The translations under genes were made by a program, and so were the position numbers. Below are positions 32,205 through 40,966 of a stretch of DNA of 40,966 bases, piece after piece (position 1 is the stretch's first letter; each line of letters begins with the position of its first letter). The notes beneath the pieces are model-generated. The model made no database searches. It was not told the origin of the DNA and worked only from the letters and a program-made list of their open reading frames with translations. Source of the stretch: Planctomycetales bacterium (lineage in GTDB: Bacteria > Planctomycetota > Phycisphaerae > SM23-33); the NCBI GenBank assembly GCA_030642005.1, contig DAOWOP010000002.1, forward strand, positions 1 to 40,966, written 5' to 3'.

Positions 32205-33104
32205 TTAATCGTCGGCAGGTTTGGCCTCTTTCATCCTGCTGCTGAGCCAGAAACCCGCCACTGCCCCGCCCGATCCCAAGGCCAGCCAGTCAACAGGAAG
32301 AGCAGCCCGGAGCGGCAGATTCCTGGCCGACATCAGGGCCGATTGCCAGACCGGCCCGCTGCCGCCGCCGCTTGCGCCCACCCAGCCAAGGGCGAAGACA
32401 AGCACCGCCATTATTATCGGCCCGAACCACAACGGCACGACCGTGCGGATTGGGAAGGTCTGGTGGGCCGCCAGGGCAGCGATGAAGAAACTCGCCGCCA
32501 GAGCGAAGGCTATTTGTCCGCGGTCGGTTGACCGGAAGGTTATCACCAGCAACAGCATCGCCACAGCCAGTTCCATAATCACGGCCCCGGCAGCGTGCAT
32601 CACCTGCGTCTTTCCGGCCTGTTTATCGGTTGACTTCGCAGTCAGCGCCGGATTTTTCCAGGTAACTTTCGGTAACAGTCGGTGCAGACCTGCGCGGACC
32701 AGTACGATTACAATCATCGCCCCCAGTACAACGACCGCCATGGCCAGAACCTCCGCCGACAACAGGGCGAACAGCCGGCCGAAATTGCCTTCCCAGCGCC
32801 ACAGCAGCATTCGCATGGGGCCGCTGGCGAAACTGAACCCCGCCACACCGACAAGCGTCGCCAGCAGCGCCCCTTCGGGTCTGGCCGAGAGTGTCAGTGC
32901 GGCGCAGCCGGCGGAAATTGCCCAGACCGCCACGGCGAAGACAACAAACCGCCCGTAGTCGCCCATCGGCACAAAGGCCGTCGCCCCGACCGGTTCCCAC
33001 GGCCTGAGGGCGGGGGCGATGAGAAAATAAACAATGGCCAGTGCGGCAGCAGCCGCAACCTGAACCTGCACTTTTTCCAGTAAATGCCGTCTGTGGTGGC
33101 TCAC
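32205..33104 (-). CDS. hypothetical polytopic membrane protein (about 8 TM helices)
   Basis: 299-aa hydrophobic ORF. The GTG start overlaps the creatininase-family stop by 4 nt (GTGA). Confidence 0.55.
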   Translation of the reverse strand: MSHHRRHLLEKVQVQVAAAAALAIVYFLIAPALRPWEPVGATAFVPMGDYGRFVVFAVAVWAISAGCAALTLSARPEGALLATLVGVAGFSFASGPMRMLLWRWEGNFGRLFALLSAEVLAMAVVVLGAMIVIVLVRAGLHRLLPKVTWKNPALTAKSTDKQAGKTQVMHAAGAVIMELAVAMLLLVITFRSTDRGQIAFALAASFFIAALAAHQTFPIRTVVPLWFGPIIMAVLVFALGWVGASGGGSGPVWQSALMSARNLPLRAALPVDWLALGSGGAVAGFWLSSRMKEAKPADD

Positions 33105-33928
33105 GCTTTGTGTTCCTTTCGGTCGCCTCGCAATTCCCGCTCGCGACGGAAAAACTCGTCGGATAGTTCGGCTGCGACGGTGTCGTCCTTTACAGCGCCG
33201 ATGAAGCGGGCCAGTCCGTCGATCATGGCCTCGGCAAAGACTTCGCCCTTTTCGGCCGAGGCCTCTCGGGCGTCGCCGGCGTAGTGTTCCGGATAGTCGG
33301 CGTACCAGCCCAACGCCGTACCGCCAGGCTTGATGTGGTCGAGTCGGCCCAGGGCGCTGCCGATCTGCCCGGCCAGGGCGTCCATCTTCACCAGGTCAGG
33401 CCGGTGAGCCGGCATCAACGATGTTTCGTTCTCGCCGGCGTGTTTGTCGTCGGTGGTGGTCCAGACCTCCTTGGCCAGACGAGCACGGTCGGCGTCGCTG
33501 ATACCAGCGTCATAGAAAATCGTATAGACCTGGTAGGGCTTCTTTTCGGCCAACTGGCATTGGCAAAGGAAATTCACCAATGCGATATTTCCCCCGTGGC
33601 CGTTATAGACGACTATTTTGGTGAATCCGTTTCGCCCGATTTCGTCGAAAATGTTCAGCATCAATTCCACCAGCAACTTCGGCGGCAGTGTAATTGTACC
33701 GGGGAAGCATTTCGCTTCGAATATCTGGCCCAGAAACCAGGGCGGAAAGACCACAGCCGGTTCGCGTTCGGCCGCCCGGGCAGCGACGTAATTGGCGTTG
33801 ATCATGTCCGTGCCCAGCGGCAGGTGTGGCCCGTGGCGCTCCAGAACGCCCATCGGGACCACGCACGTCCGACCGCAATCGACAACGGCCTTTGCGAATT
33901 CGTCGGCGGTTAGCTCTTCCCAAAGCAT
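33101..33928 (-). CDS. creatininase family protein
   Basis: VVPMGVLERHGPHLPLGTD, VVYNGHGGN and HAGENETS are metal-site motifs of the creatinine amidohydrolase/MftE-like family. Confidence 0.8.
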   Translation of the reverse strand: MLWEELTADEFAKAVVDCGRTCVVPMGVLERHGPHLPLGTDMINANYVAARAAEREPAVVFPPWFLGQIFEAKCFPGTITLPPKLLVELMLNIFDEIGRNGFTKIVVYNGHGGNIALVNFLCQCQLAEKKPYQVYTIFYDAGISDADRARLAKEVWTTTDDKHAGENETSLMPAHRPDLVKMDALAGQIGSALGRLDHIKPGGTALGWYADYPEHYAGDAREASAEKGEVFAEAMIDGLARFIGAVKDDTVAAELSDEFFRRERELRGDRKEHKA

Positions 33929-34072
33929 CTTTCACTCCTGTCAAAAGATTCCAGAAGGTGCATTTTGACCGATGGGAGTGATTTGTCAAAAGCAAATCAT
34001 TCGCGAGAGATGTTCATTGCGGCCGACTTTGCCGGCGGGCGCCGTGTTTCTGAAGCAACCGGTGCAACAAAA

Positions 34073-35998
34073 TCAATTTGTCTGCCTGTTTCGTCGCCTG
34101 CGCAAAAGCACGCAGCCGCCGAAAACAAGCAGCGTAACAGTAGCAGGTTCCGGAACCGCTACGAGTTCCGTCAGCGAGGTGTAAGGCCGCTGGCCTCCGG
34201 AAGTGCCGACCACACGGATCGCTTCGCCTGTAATCGGGGCAAATGACAGTTCGATGGACTGGAAGTAGGCGTAGGGATCAAGGGCTTCGCTGAGTGAAAG
34301 ACCATCCACCTCGACCCACTCGCCATCATGGAGGACTTCCACGATCAAGTCTGTGAAGTATCCGCCGTAAGGCTCGTAATTCGGGTCGGTCGGATCCCTG
34401 CTAAGTCCGCCTCCCCCACCCGAAGGCCGAATGTCACCCTCGTGCAATACCAGTTGATCGAACAGAACCTCGCGGTCGAAATGAAGTTCGTAGCCATCTG
34501 TCCGGGCGCCAGTGCCGCCATTGTATGTGTCGAACGGCAGGACGCCGTTGTTCGTCAAGTCCACCACGCCGTCGATCAGGCGGTTCTGGTCCGTGCGATC
34601 ATTCGTGTCGTTGTCGGCGATGACCACACCATTGCGCGTCACGACAACATACACCTGGCCGCCAAGGGCCAGCACCTGTCCGACGAGTCCACCCGGGCCG
34701 GTATCAGGGTCGCTCACGTCGGCCGTGTTGACCAAATCGAGACCTGTTCCCGCATCCACAATGGTGTATTGCCTCGTGGCGCCGGAACCGCTTATGGTTC
34801 CGCCCCCATTCAATATCTGCATCTCCGCAGCCGTTTGCATGATGCCCAGCACCTCGTCGGTGGTCCAGTCTGATTTGGGCAGGCCCACCACGGTCGAACT
34901 GTCGTAATAAGTTTGCGGGATGGCCGACACGTCCAGCCCCGCCGTCGTCAGCTCTGCGAGAATGACATTAGCGCCCTTCATCATGCCGATCAAGCCGCCG
35001 GCCGTCGCCGGGTTGCAGTCGGAGTCTTCCCCGCCACGAACGCCGTACTCCACGGTGTCCTCGAAGTCGCCTTGTCCGTAAAGAATTGCCAAAGTCGTCA
35101 GCCCCGTGTTCGAGGGAGACTCGACCCAGACTCGATCCCGACCTCGCTGGTGGGCAAAGCTGATGATCTCATTGCGACTGTTCAGCCAACTGTTTAACGC
35201 GCCGTCGTCGTCCAGATCAGCCTGGTATAATTGCTGCGCCTTTGTAACAATTTCGCGAGTCCAACTGCCCGTGGGCACGACCTCCAGCCCCTTGTTCACC
35301 AGCGTTTCAACATTCGGAACCGGCATAGCCGGCGCTTCGGCATACATGGCCGCGTAGAACTGGGCCGCGTGCAGGCTGTATCCGCTGTTGGTGATCCCTC
35401 CGAAGTCCCCGGACAGGTTCGCCGCCTGCTGACGCATGCCCGGAGCAATGGCGCCGAGGGACTCGGTGGTGATCTGCGAGTCGATCGCCCAGCCGGCATT
35501 GATGTTGTGGCGAACGCTACCCGACTGGACCGCTGACAGACTGTGGTCATTGATCTGGTACCACGCCTGTCTGTTGGCGATGTACAAGCCGCTGGACGAA
35601 ACGTTATCCGTCCATAGCGAGGTCCGCTCGGCAACGCTCAGCGAAACCTTGGTCTGCAGAGAATGTGCGTATAGAAACTCCAGGCACGTATCATCATCCC
35701 CAAGCCACTTGGTTGTGTCGCCGGCGAGAGCGCCTGTTTTGGTATAGTACTGGCCCGTCAGGATAGTATTCCACTGAACTTGATAATCGGTGATGGGCTT
35801 GTTGACCGGGTTGGGGCCCTCGTACAAAACGGTCGTAAGGCCCTCCACTTGGCGACCGGCGTAGTTTCCGAGCAACTGCCCCAGCCACATGCCCTCAAGT
35901 CTGTCCAGATACGCATCGGCCAGGATGGTCCGATCAGCCAATGCCGAATTACAGAAAACCAGAACGATAACAATTGCAATAAACAAACTCGCACGCAT
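34073..35998 (-). CDS. ADP-ribosylglycohydrolase-family protein with a signal peptide, a C-terminal beta-sandwich-like extension and a PEP-CTERM anchor
   Basis: Signal peptide MRASLFIAIVIVLVFCNSALA (AGGAGG RBS). GMWLGQLLGNYAGRQVEG and GGEDSDCNPATAGGLIGMMKG match the N- and C-terminal ARH motifs. C-terminus VPEPATVTLLVFGGCVLLRRRRNRQTN. Confidence 0.7.
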   Translation of the reverse strand: MRASLFIAIVIVLVFCNSALADRTILADAYLDRLEGMWLGQLLGNYAGRQVEGLTTVLYEGPNPVNKPITDYQVQWNTILTGQYYTKTGALAGDTTKWLGDDDTCLEFLYAHSLQTKVSLSVAERTSLWTDNVSSSGLYIANRQAWYQINDHSLSAVQSGSVRHNINAGWAIDSQITTESLGAIAPGMRQQAANLSGDFGGITNSGYSLHAAQFYAAMYAEAPAMPVPNVETLVNKGLEVVPTGSWTREIVTKAQQLYQADLDDDGALNSWLNSRNEIISFAHQRGRDRVWVESPSNTGLTTLAILYGQGDFEDTVEYGVRGGEDSDCNPATAGGLIGMMKGANVILAELTTAGLDVSAIPQTYYDSSTVVGLPKSDWTTDEVLGIMQTAAEMQILNGGGTISGSGATRQYTIVDAGTGLDLVNTADVSDPDTGPGGLVGQVLALGGQVYVVVTRNGVVIADNDTNDRTDQNRLIDGVVDLTNNGVLPFDTYNGGTGARTDGYELHFDREVLFDQLVLHEGDIRPSGGGGGLSRDPTDPNYEPYGGYFTDLIVEVLHDGEWVEVDGLSLSEALDPYAYFQSIELSFAPITGEAIRVVGTSGGQRPYTSLTELVAVPEPATVTLLVFGGCVLLRRRRNRQTN

Positions 35999-36165
35999 GA
36001 GAAATCCTCCTGATTATCCGAAAATGCCCCAAACGCCCCCATACGTATCTTCATCCATAGACAAACCAACCTCTTCGATATTATTTTACCATAAACAGGC
36101 GGATTTGTCCAATAAAAACCGGGGCGATATAAGGGCTTGGTTGGAGATCCGGCGCCTCTCTATAC

Positions 36166-38298
36166 TTATTCTCTCTTCGATGAAGGCATATCGAGCATCT
36201 CGACAACCTTTCCGTTTTGTCGGATTTCTATCGTCGGCAGGGTGTCCTTTGTCTTTGGTAGCAGCAGTCGGTAGCGGAATCGGTTGCGGGAGAATGTAAA
36301 TCCCGGGAGGAATCCCAACGGATTTGCCGGGTCGATTGCCGTCGGCTCGGCGTCTTTTTTCATCGTCGTCAATAGGATAACGGCACGGTTCCTGAACGGT
36401 ATCTCAATCCGCCAGTCGCCGTGCTCGGCGTCGGGTTTCTTCTTCATCGGCGGATAGTTTTTACCGTTAACGAATGATTCTTTCCCCTGCCCGCCGACAA
36501 GTATCAATTTGACCTTTACAGGCAGAATCACTTGTCCAACCAGTTGTCCGCCGCCATGAGAGATGATAAACCGGTCACCGTCAATTTTGGGCCTGTCGAT
36601 GCTGTGAATAATCCACTTCACTTCGGCGCCGGGTTTTTTCGTCTCAACGCTGTCAAAGACGACGAATGTGTCGATAGCGTCCGAGCCGGGATTTTCGGGG
36701 CGGAGGTGATAGAACGCTCGAACGGCCCGGCTGACCTTGGCGGGCGAGTAGGATTTCGTCGCATCGCCGGCGGCTGCGGCGCAGTATCGACCGGTCTTGA
36801 ATGCTATAATTTTCCCAATGTCAGACTCACAGCCGGGCTTGAACTTGCCGACGCGGTCCTGTCCCTTGCCTCGCATCTGCCCGCCGTCGTTACTCCCACC
36901 GGCGCCCCTTGCGCTCCAGGCCCGCCCGCTGAATTTTTCGGCAGGGTCGAATACCAGTATCCCATTGTGGGCAACCGTCCGACAGTAATAGTTACCACGA
37001 TGCGCCCCGTAGTCGTTCGTGCCGCTGTCGATAGCCAGTGAGCCGGAGCGGTGAATCACGAACGTGTTATTATCCAGGTGCTGATGCCCGGCATAGTAAG
37101 GCCCGCACTGGAACAGGGCAAAGGCGGCGTTTTTATCGCCCCAGCCGGTGCGGAAATAAACGTGCCCGAGTTTGGGAAAACACGCCGCAAGCGGCAGAGA
37201 CATCTGCCTGGGCGACTTGGCTTTGAGTTTCGGATTCCGCCAGAGTATTTCCTGCCAGCCCTGCTGGACGTATTTCCATTTGTACTTTTCCGCCAGCCAT
37301 TCCGCCAACGGGTCGTCAAGGCGCGTCGCCAGAAGGTGCATAAATGTCTTAAGATTCGCACCGGGCTTGAGGCCGCTTGAGCAATCTTCGCTGCGCGCGA
37401 AGGTTCCCGTATCGGGCCTGAGGCCATAGGCGTGCCAAACGCTCTGGCCCCGGAAAAACGAGGAATCCTTGAATAAATCCTGCCCCGTCGCCACCCGCCA
37501 CATCTCGCACGTCAGCGCCAACGGGCGGGCGTAACCCCAATCATTGTACGAAAACCCCTCAGGCTGACCACCGACGAAGAACGCATCGCGCCGTTTAGGG
37601 GTTGGTGGTTGAGCAAGATAACGAACGTAGGCCAGCGTCCCAGCCCACTCTTGCCGATTCAGTTCACCGGCGATTTCATTCGCTGCCGGAACGGCATGAT
37701 TCAACAAATAGTCCATTCCGGTCTTCATAAGGCTTGCCGTTCGGCGCTGTTCGATATTTTCCCCATCCAGCAAAACCGCCACGTACAGCACCGCAAGGTG
37801 CTCGCCAACGAAGTGATTATTGAAATCGCTGTGCCGCCAGACCTTTTTTGATACCCAGTCGGACATGTCTAGCAGCGTCCTGCCGTATTTTGCTCGCTCG
37901 GCGGGCGTAAGGTCGTTCCATATCCAGTCGGTTGCCATTGACGCGCCGCGAAGCCACTCCGGCGTAAGGTATTGATTCTTAGGCCAGTTGCGACTCATCG
38001 CGTCGAGGAATTCTTTCGTCTTGTTCAGATATTTCTTCTCGCCGCTGACGAGGTACATGAAAGCGGGGTACGCTACGTTTGTCCGGTCGGTCCAGCCGGT
38101 ACCGGCCTTGCGGGACATTATCCAATCAGCCTTTTTCATCGCGGCGAAGACATCTTTCATAGGCCCGGCGCATTTTGCGCGGATCGCTGGGACGTCTTCG
38201 GCGGTTACATAAATCCTGGGATGTGCGATGCGAACCTTCGGCGCAGCGGCAAAAGCGTCTGTCGCCAATGCCAATATCAGAATCATCGTATATCTCAT
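36166..38298 (-). CDS. heparinase II/III-like (polysaccharide lyase-like) secreted protein
   Basis: Signal peptide MRYTMILILALATDAFA. ATG 38298 has GGAG 6 nt upstream; ATG 38304 overlaps the upstream stop. GHQHLDNNTFVIHRSGSLAIDSGTNDY and TVAHNGILVFDP match the heparinase II/III C-terminal domain, and the N-terminal half is alpha-helical and alginate-lyase-like. Confidence 0.75.
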   Translation of the reverse strand: MRYTMILILALATDAFAAAPKVRIAHPRIYVTAEDVPAIRAKCAGPMKDVFAAMKKADWIMSRKAGTGWTDRTNVAYPAFMYLVSGEKKYLNKTKEFLDAMSRNWPKNQYLTPEWLRGASMATDWIWNDLTPAERAKYGRTLLDMSDWVSKKVWRHSDFNNHFVGEHLAVLYVAVLLDGENIEQRRTASLMKTGMDYLLNHAVPAANEIAGELNRQEWAGTLAYVRYLAQPPTPKRRDAFFVGGQPEGFSYNDWGYARPLALTCEMWRVATGQDLFKDSSFFRGQSVWHAYGLRPDTGTFARSEDCSSGLKPGANLKTFMHLLATRLDDPLAEWLAEKYKWKYVQQGWQEILWRNPKLKAKSPRQMSLPLAACFPKLGHVYFRTGWGDKNAAFALFQCGPYYAGHQHLDNNTFVIHRSGSLAIDSGTNDYGAHRGNYYCRTVAHNGILVFDPAEKFSGRAWSARGAGGSNDGGQMRGKGQDRVGKFKPGCESDIGKIIAFKTGRYCAAAAGDATKSYSPAKVSRAVRAFYHLRPENPGSDAIDTFVVFDSVETKKPGAEVKWIIHSIDRPKIDGDRFIISHGGGQLVGQVILPVKVKLILVGGQGKESFVNGKNYPPMKKKPDAEHGDWRIEIPFRNRAVILLTTMKKDAEPTAIDPANPLGFLPGFTFSRNRFRYRLLLPKTKDTLPTIEIRQNGKVVEMLDMPSSKRE

Positions 38299-38300
38299 GC

Positions 38301-39374
38301 TCATCTCCTTACCGCCTCGCGGGCCGTCTGGGCGCGAAGGGAAACTTTGAACGTATATTGCTTCAGCAGGAAAAACGTTACCCAGAACAGAACCGTCTGC
38401 GAGATGACCTTGGACAGTATCGTATCAAGTTCCAGCCATTCGATCATAATGTGCAGAAACGCAAATGACGCCGCCAGGTTAATCCCCGCGACTACGGCGT
38501 AGCGGAACATCTCGTCGCGGTGAATTTTCTTGCGCACGCGAAACGCGAAGAACCGCGAGACGAGATAGTGATTGGCCAGGGCGACTGCACGGGAAATCAG
38601 CAGCGCCGGGATATAGTGAACGCCGAACAGCCACACGATTGCAGAGAAGATCGCAAACTCCAGTATCGCCGATGAAATCCCCGCCGCGGCGTAACGCAGG
38701 ACGACGAGAAATATCCGCATCGCGTCGGGCAGGTTGCGGAAGGAGGTGAGTTGATTCTCGCCGATATAGACGGTGGAGATAGTCGCGGTGGTCATCTTCA
38801 GGCCCATATGGTCGGCGTTGAAGAGCATTGCCATTTCGGTCTCGTACCTGCCCCACGACAGTCCCGGCATGATTTTTCGCAGCGCCTCCGGCGTGAACAG
38901 TCGATAGCCCGTCTGCGTATCGCGGAGTTTTTTACCGGTCTGGAGGCGGAAGGTCCATCGCGTCAGCAGGTTTCCCACCTGTCTCTGCGGAGGCATCTCC
39001 GATACACTGCGCGAGCCGACGACCACGTCGCTTCCGGTCTCGACCGCCGCCGAGACCAGGCTGGGTATCTCTTCGGGCAGGTGCTGGCCGTCGCTGTCGA
39101 GCGTAACGACATAGTCGCAGTCATCGGCGATTGCCGCGGCGAACCCGTAACGCAGCGCCACGCCCTTGCCCTGATTTTCCGGCAGGGCGATGACCTCGCA
39201 GCCGGTGGTCTTTATCCAATCGAGCGTGTCGTCGGTTGACCCGTCGTCGATTGCGATGACGCGGCCGGCATAAGCCCGGCAGCGGACAATCACATCCACG
39301 CAGGCCTCCGAGACGTTGTAGCAGGGAATGACGGCGGTAACTTTCGGTTTGTCCATGCCGGAAGAGATTCTCAA
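38301..39374 (-). CDS. family 2 glycosyltransferase fused to a GtrA-like membrane domain
   Basis: VTAVIPCYNV, AIDDGSTDDT and LDSDGQH (GT2 DXD); the C-terminus has about 4 TM helices with a GtrA pattern (YAAAGISSAILEFAIFSAIVWLFG...ANHYLVSRFFAFR). Confidence 0.85.
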   Translation of the reverse strand: MRISSGMDKPKVTAVIPCYNVSEACVDVIVRCRAYAGRVIAIDDGSTDDTLDWIKTTGCEVIALPENQGKGVALRYGFAAAIADDCDYVVTLDSDGQHLPEEIPSLVSAAVETGSDVVVGSRSVSEMPPQRQVGNLLTRWTFRLQTGKKLRDTQTGYRLFTPEALRKIMPGLSWGRYETEMAMLFNADHMGLKMTTATISTVYIGENQLTSFRNLPDAMRIFLVVLRYAAAGISSAILEFAIFSAIVWLFGVHYIPALLISRAVALANHYLVSRFFAFRVRKKIHRDEMFRYAVVAGINLAASFAFLHIMIEWLELDTILSKVISQTVLFWVTFFLLKQYTFKVSLRAQTAREAVRR

Positions 39375-39520
39375 GGCCCGCGCCGTTCAAGTCAAGGCGC
39401 GACAGCCCGTACATATCTATGTGCGGGCTGTTACACCGCTGATGTATTTAGAATTTCCTTCCGACACTCCGTCGCGTTAGAATCTCCGGCGTAAAAGCGA
39501 TTCATTGAGGGTGAGAAAAA

Positions 39521-40966
39521 CTGGCTGGTCTTCAGCGTAAATTCGGGTTCTGGGGCGTATTCTGTATCGCCGCCGGTGCGATGATCTCTTCGGGACTATT
39601 CGTCCTGCCGGGACTGGCGTTCGCCAAGGCCGGTCCGGCGATGGTGCTGGCGTACGCGCTGGCCGGCGTGATGGTCATCCCGGCGATGCTATCCAAGGCC
39701 GAACTTGCCACCGCCATGCCCAAGAGCGGAGGCAGCTATTTCTTCATCGAGCGCAGCATGGGCCCGCTGCTGGGAACGCTGGCGGGGCTTGCCAACTGGT
39801 TCAGCATCGCCCTGAAAACCGCCTTCGCACTTATCGGTATCGGTGCATTCGCCAGGCTTGTTTTGCCCAGCGGACAGATTGGCGAATGGCCGATTAAAGG
39901 TGTCGCCATTACCTGCTGCGTGTTCTTCGCGGTTCTGAACATCCTGACCGTCAAGGGCGTAGGCCGGCTTCAAATCGTTATGGTAGCCATTCTACTGGGG
40001 ATACTGAGCGTGTTCGTCGTTGCGGGCATGCCGGCTGCGAAACACTCCCACTTCGCTGATTTTATGGACAAAGGCTGGGGCGAGGTTTTCGCGACGGCCG
40101 GGCTGGTCTTCATCTCCTACGGCGGTTTGACCAAGGTCGCCAGCGTAGCCGAAGAGGTCCACCATCCCGGACGAAACATACCGGCGGGGATGTTCCTGGC
40201 TGCACTGGTCGTTACAGCGTTCTACATCGCAGCGGCATTTATAGTGGTGGGCGTGATGAACGCCGGCGAGCTCGCCGACAACGACAACCTTACCCCGCTG
40301 AGTCTGGCGGCGGAAAAATTCATGGGGCCTGGCGGGCTGATTCTCCTGTCGGCGGCGGCGATGCTGGCGTTCATCACCACGGCCAACAGCGGCATACTGT
40401 CTGCCTCCCGCAGCCCGATGGCGATGAGCCGCGACGGACTGCTGCCGGGATTCCTCCAGAAGGTCTCGGGCCGCTTCGGCACGCCGCATGTGAGCATCCT
40501 CATCACCAGCGGCTTTATGATCGCGGTGATTGCAATACTCAGCATTCAAAACCTCGTCAAGGTCGCCAGCACGATGATGATCATGCTGTTTCTGCTGGTC
40601 AACGTAGCCGTGCTGATAATGCGAGGCAGCAAACTCCAGAACTATCGCCCGCTGTTCCGCGCGCCGCTGTACCCGTGGATACAGATTATCGGGATCGTGC
40701 TGTGCGGGTTTCTGATCGTGGAGATGGGGGCGATCCCGCTGATTACGACCGGCGCGTTCGCCCTGGCAGGGGTAATATGGTATTTCGTCTATGTCCGCCG
40801 CAGCATCAGCCGGGAAAGCGCACTTGTCTATATGGTCCGCAGCGCCGTCTCCAAGGAAATCTATCGCAGCGAACTGGAAGAGGAACTCAAGCAGATCGCC
40901 CTTGAGCGCGACGAGGTCGTCCGCGACAGGTTCGACGAACTTATCCGCCACTGCGACATCCTGGAC
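39521..40966 (+). CDS. APC-superfamily amino acid permease (3' end runs off the window); not in the ORF track
   Basis: My own translation of the open frame 39515..40966: LAGLQRKFGFWGVFCIAAGAMISSGLFVLPGLAFAKAGPAMVLAYALAGV...SGGSYFFIERSMGP... The APC N-terminal signature is followed by about 12 TM helices and then a charged cytoplasmic tail. No ATG/GTG/TTG precedes the conserved N-terminus; the first ATG is at 39581. The antisense ORF 39992..40951 is spurious. Confidence 0.8.
   Translation, partial: MAGLQRKFGFWGVFCIAAGAMISSGLFVLPGLAFAKAGPAMVLAYALAGVMVIPAMLSKAELATAMPKSGGSYFFIERSMGPLLGTLAGLANWFSIALKTAFALIGIGAFARLVLPSGQIGEWPIKGVAITCCVFFAVLNILTVKGVGRLQIVMVAILLGILSVFVVAGMPAAKHSHFADFMDKGWGEVFATAGLVFISYGGLTKVASVAEEVHHPGRNIPAGMFLAALVVTAFYIAAAFIVVGVMNAGELADNDNLTPLSLAAEKFMGPGGLILLSAAAMLAFITTANSGILSASRSPMAMSRDGLLPGFLQKVSGRFGTPHVSILITSGFMIAVIAILSIQNLVKVASTMMIMLFLLVNVAVLIMRGSKLQNYRPLFRAPLYPWIQIIGIVLCGFLIVEMGAIPLITTGAFALAGVIWYFVYVRRSISRESALVYMVRSAVSKEIYRSELEEELKQIALERDEVVRDRFDELIRHCDILD

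Overview
This is a high-GC (about 60% by eye) bacterial chromosomal window. Its gene content looks like Planctomycetota, possibly Phycisphaerae-like: five secreted proteins with PEP-CTERM tails, two prepilin-type pseudopilins (one with the H-X9-DG motif) and a BatA/VWA membrane protein. I support about 41 CDS.

The centre of the window (about 11.9-26.2 kb) is an almost fully co-directional iron-homeostasis island:
- a DtxR-FeoA fusion regulator, feoA, feoB and a FeoB-associated Cys-rich peptide;
- a small ORF plus hemP;
- an unusual module of PEP-CTERM proteins, pseudopilins, a His-rich FmdE-like lipoprotein and a membrane protein;
- an exported CbiX-like chelatase, flavodoxin, DUF2023, a 2x[4Fe-4S] ferredoxin, fur and a ZIP transporter.

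The hemP-to-CbiX module is my best candidate for an undescribed surface iron/haem acquisition system. That is inference from gene context only.

The flanks carry ordinary genes:
- 5' side: an orphan histidine kinase, a B12-radical SAM enzyme, a discoidin lipoprotein, cinA and an XylR/AraC-type regulator.
- 3' side: tyrA, accA, a creatininase / membrane protein / TIM-barrel / trpB / trpA string, an exported ADP-ribosylglycohydrolase-like PEP-CTERM protein, a heparinase II/III-like protein, a GT2-GtrA fusion and a 3'-truncated APC permease.

The most striking non-coding signal is that at least nine intergenic sites hold elements built from about three tandem copies of a 7-9-nt unit, usually followed by an inverted copy (a long hairpin). 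One such hairpin sits inside the feo operon. Another appears split by a 720-bp lower-GC insert carrying a possibly frameshifted ORF.

I recognised no rRNA, tRNA, CRISPR array, transposase or integrase. All calls rest on reading motifs by eye; no searches were run.
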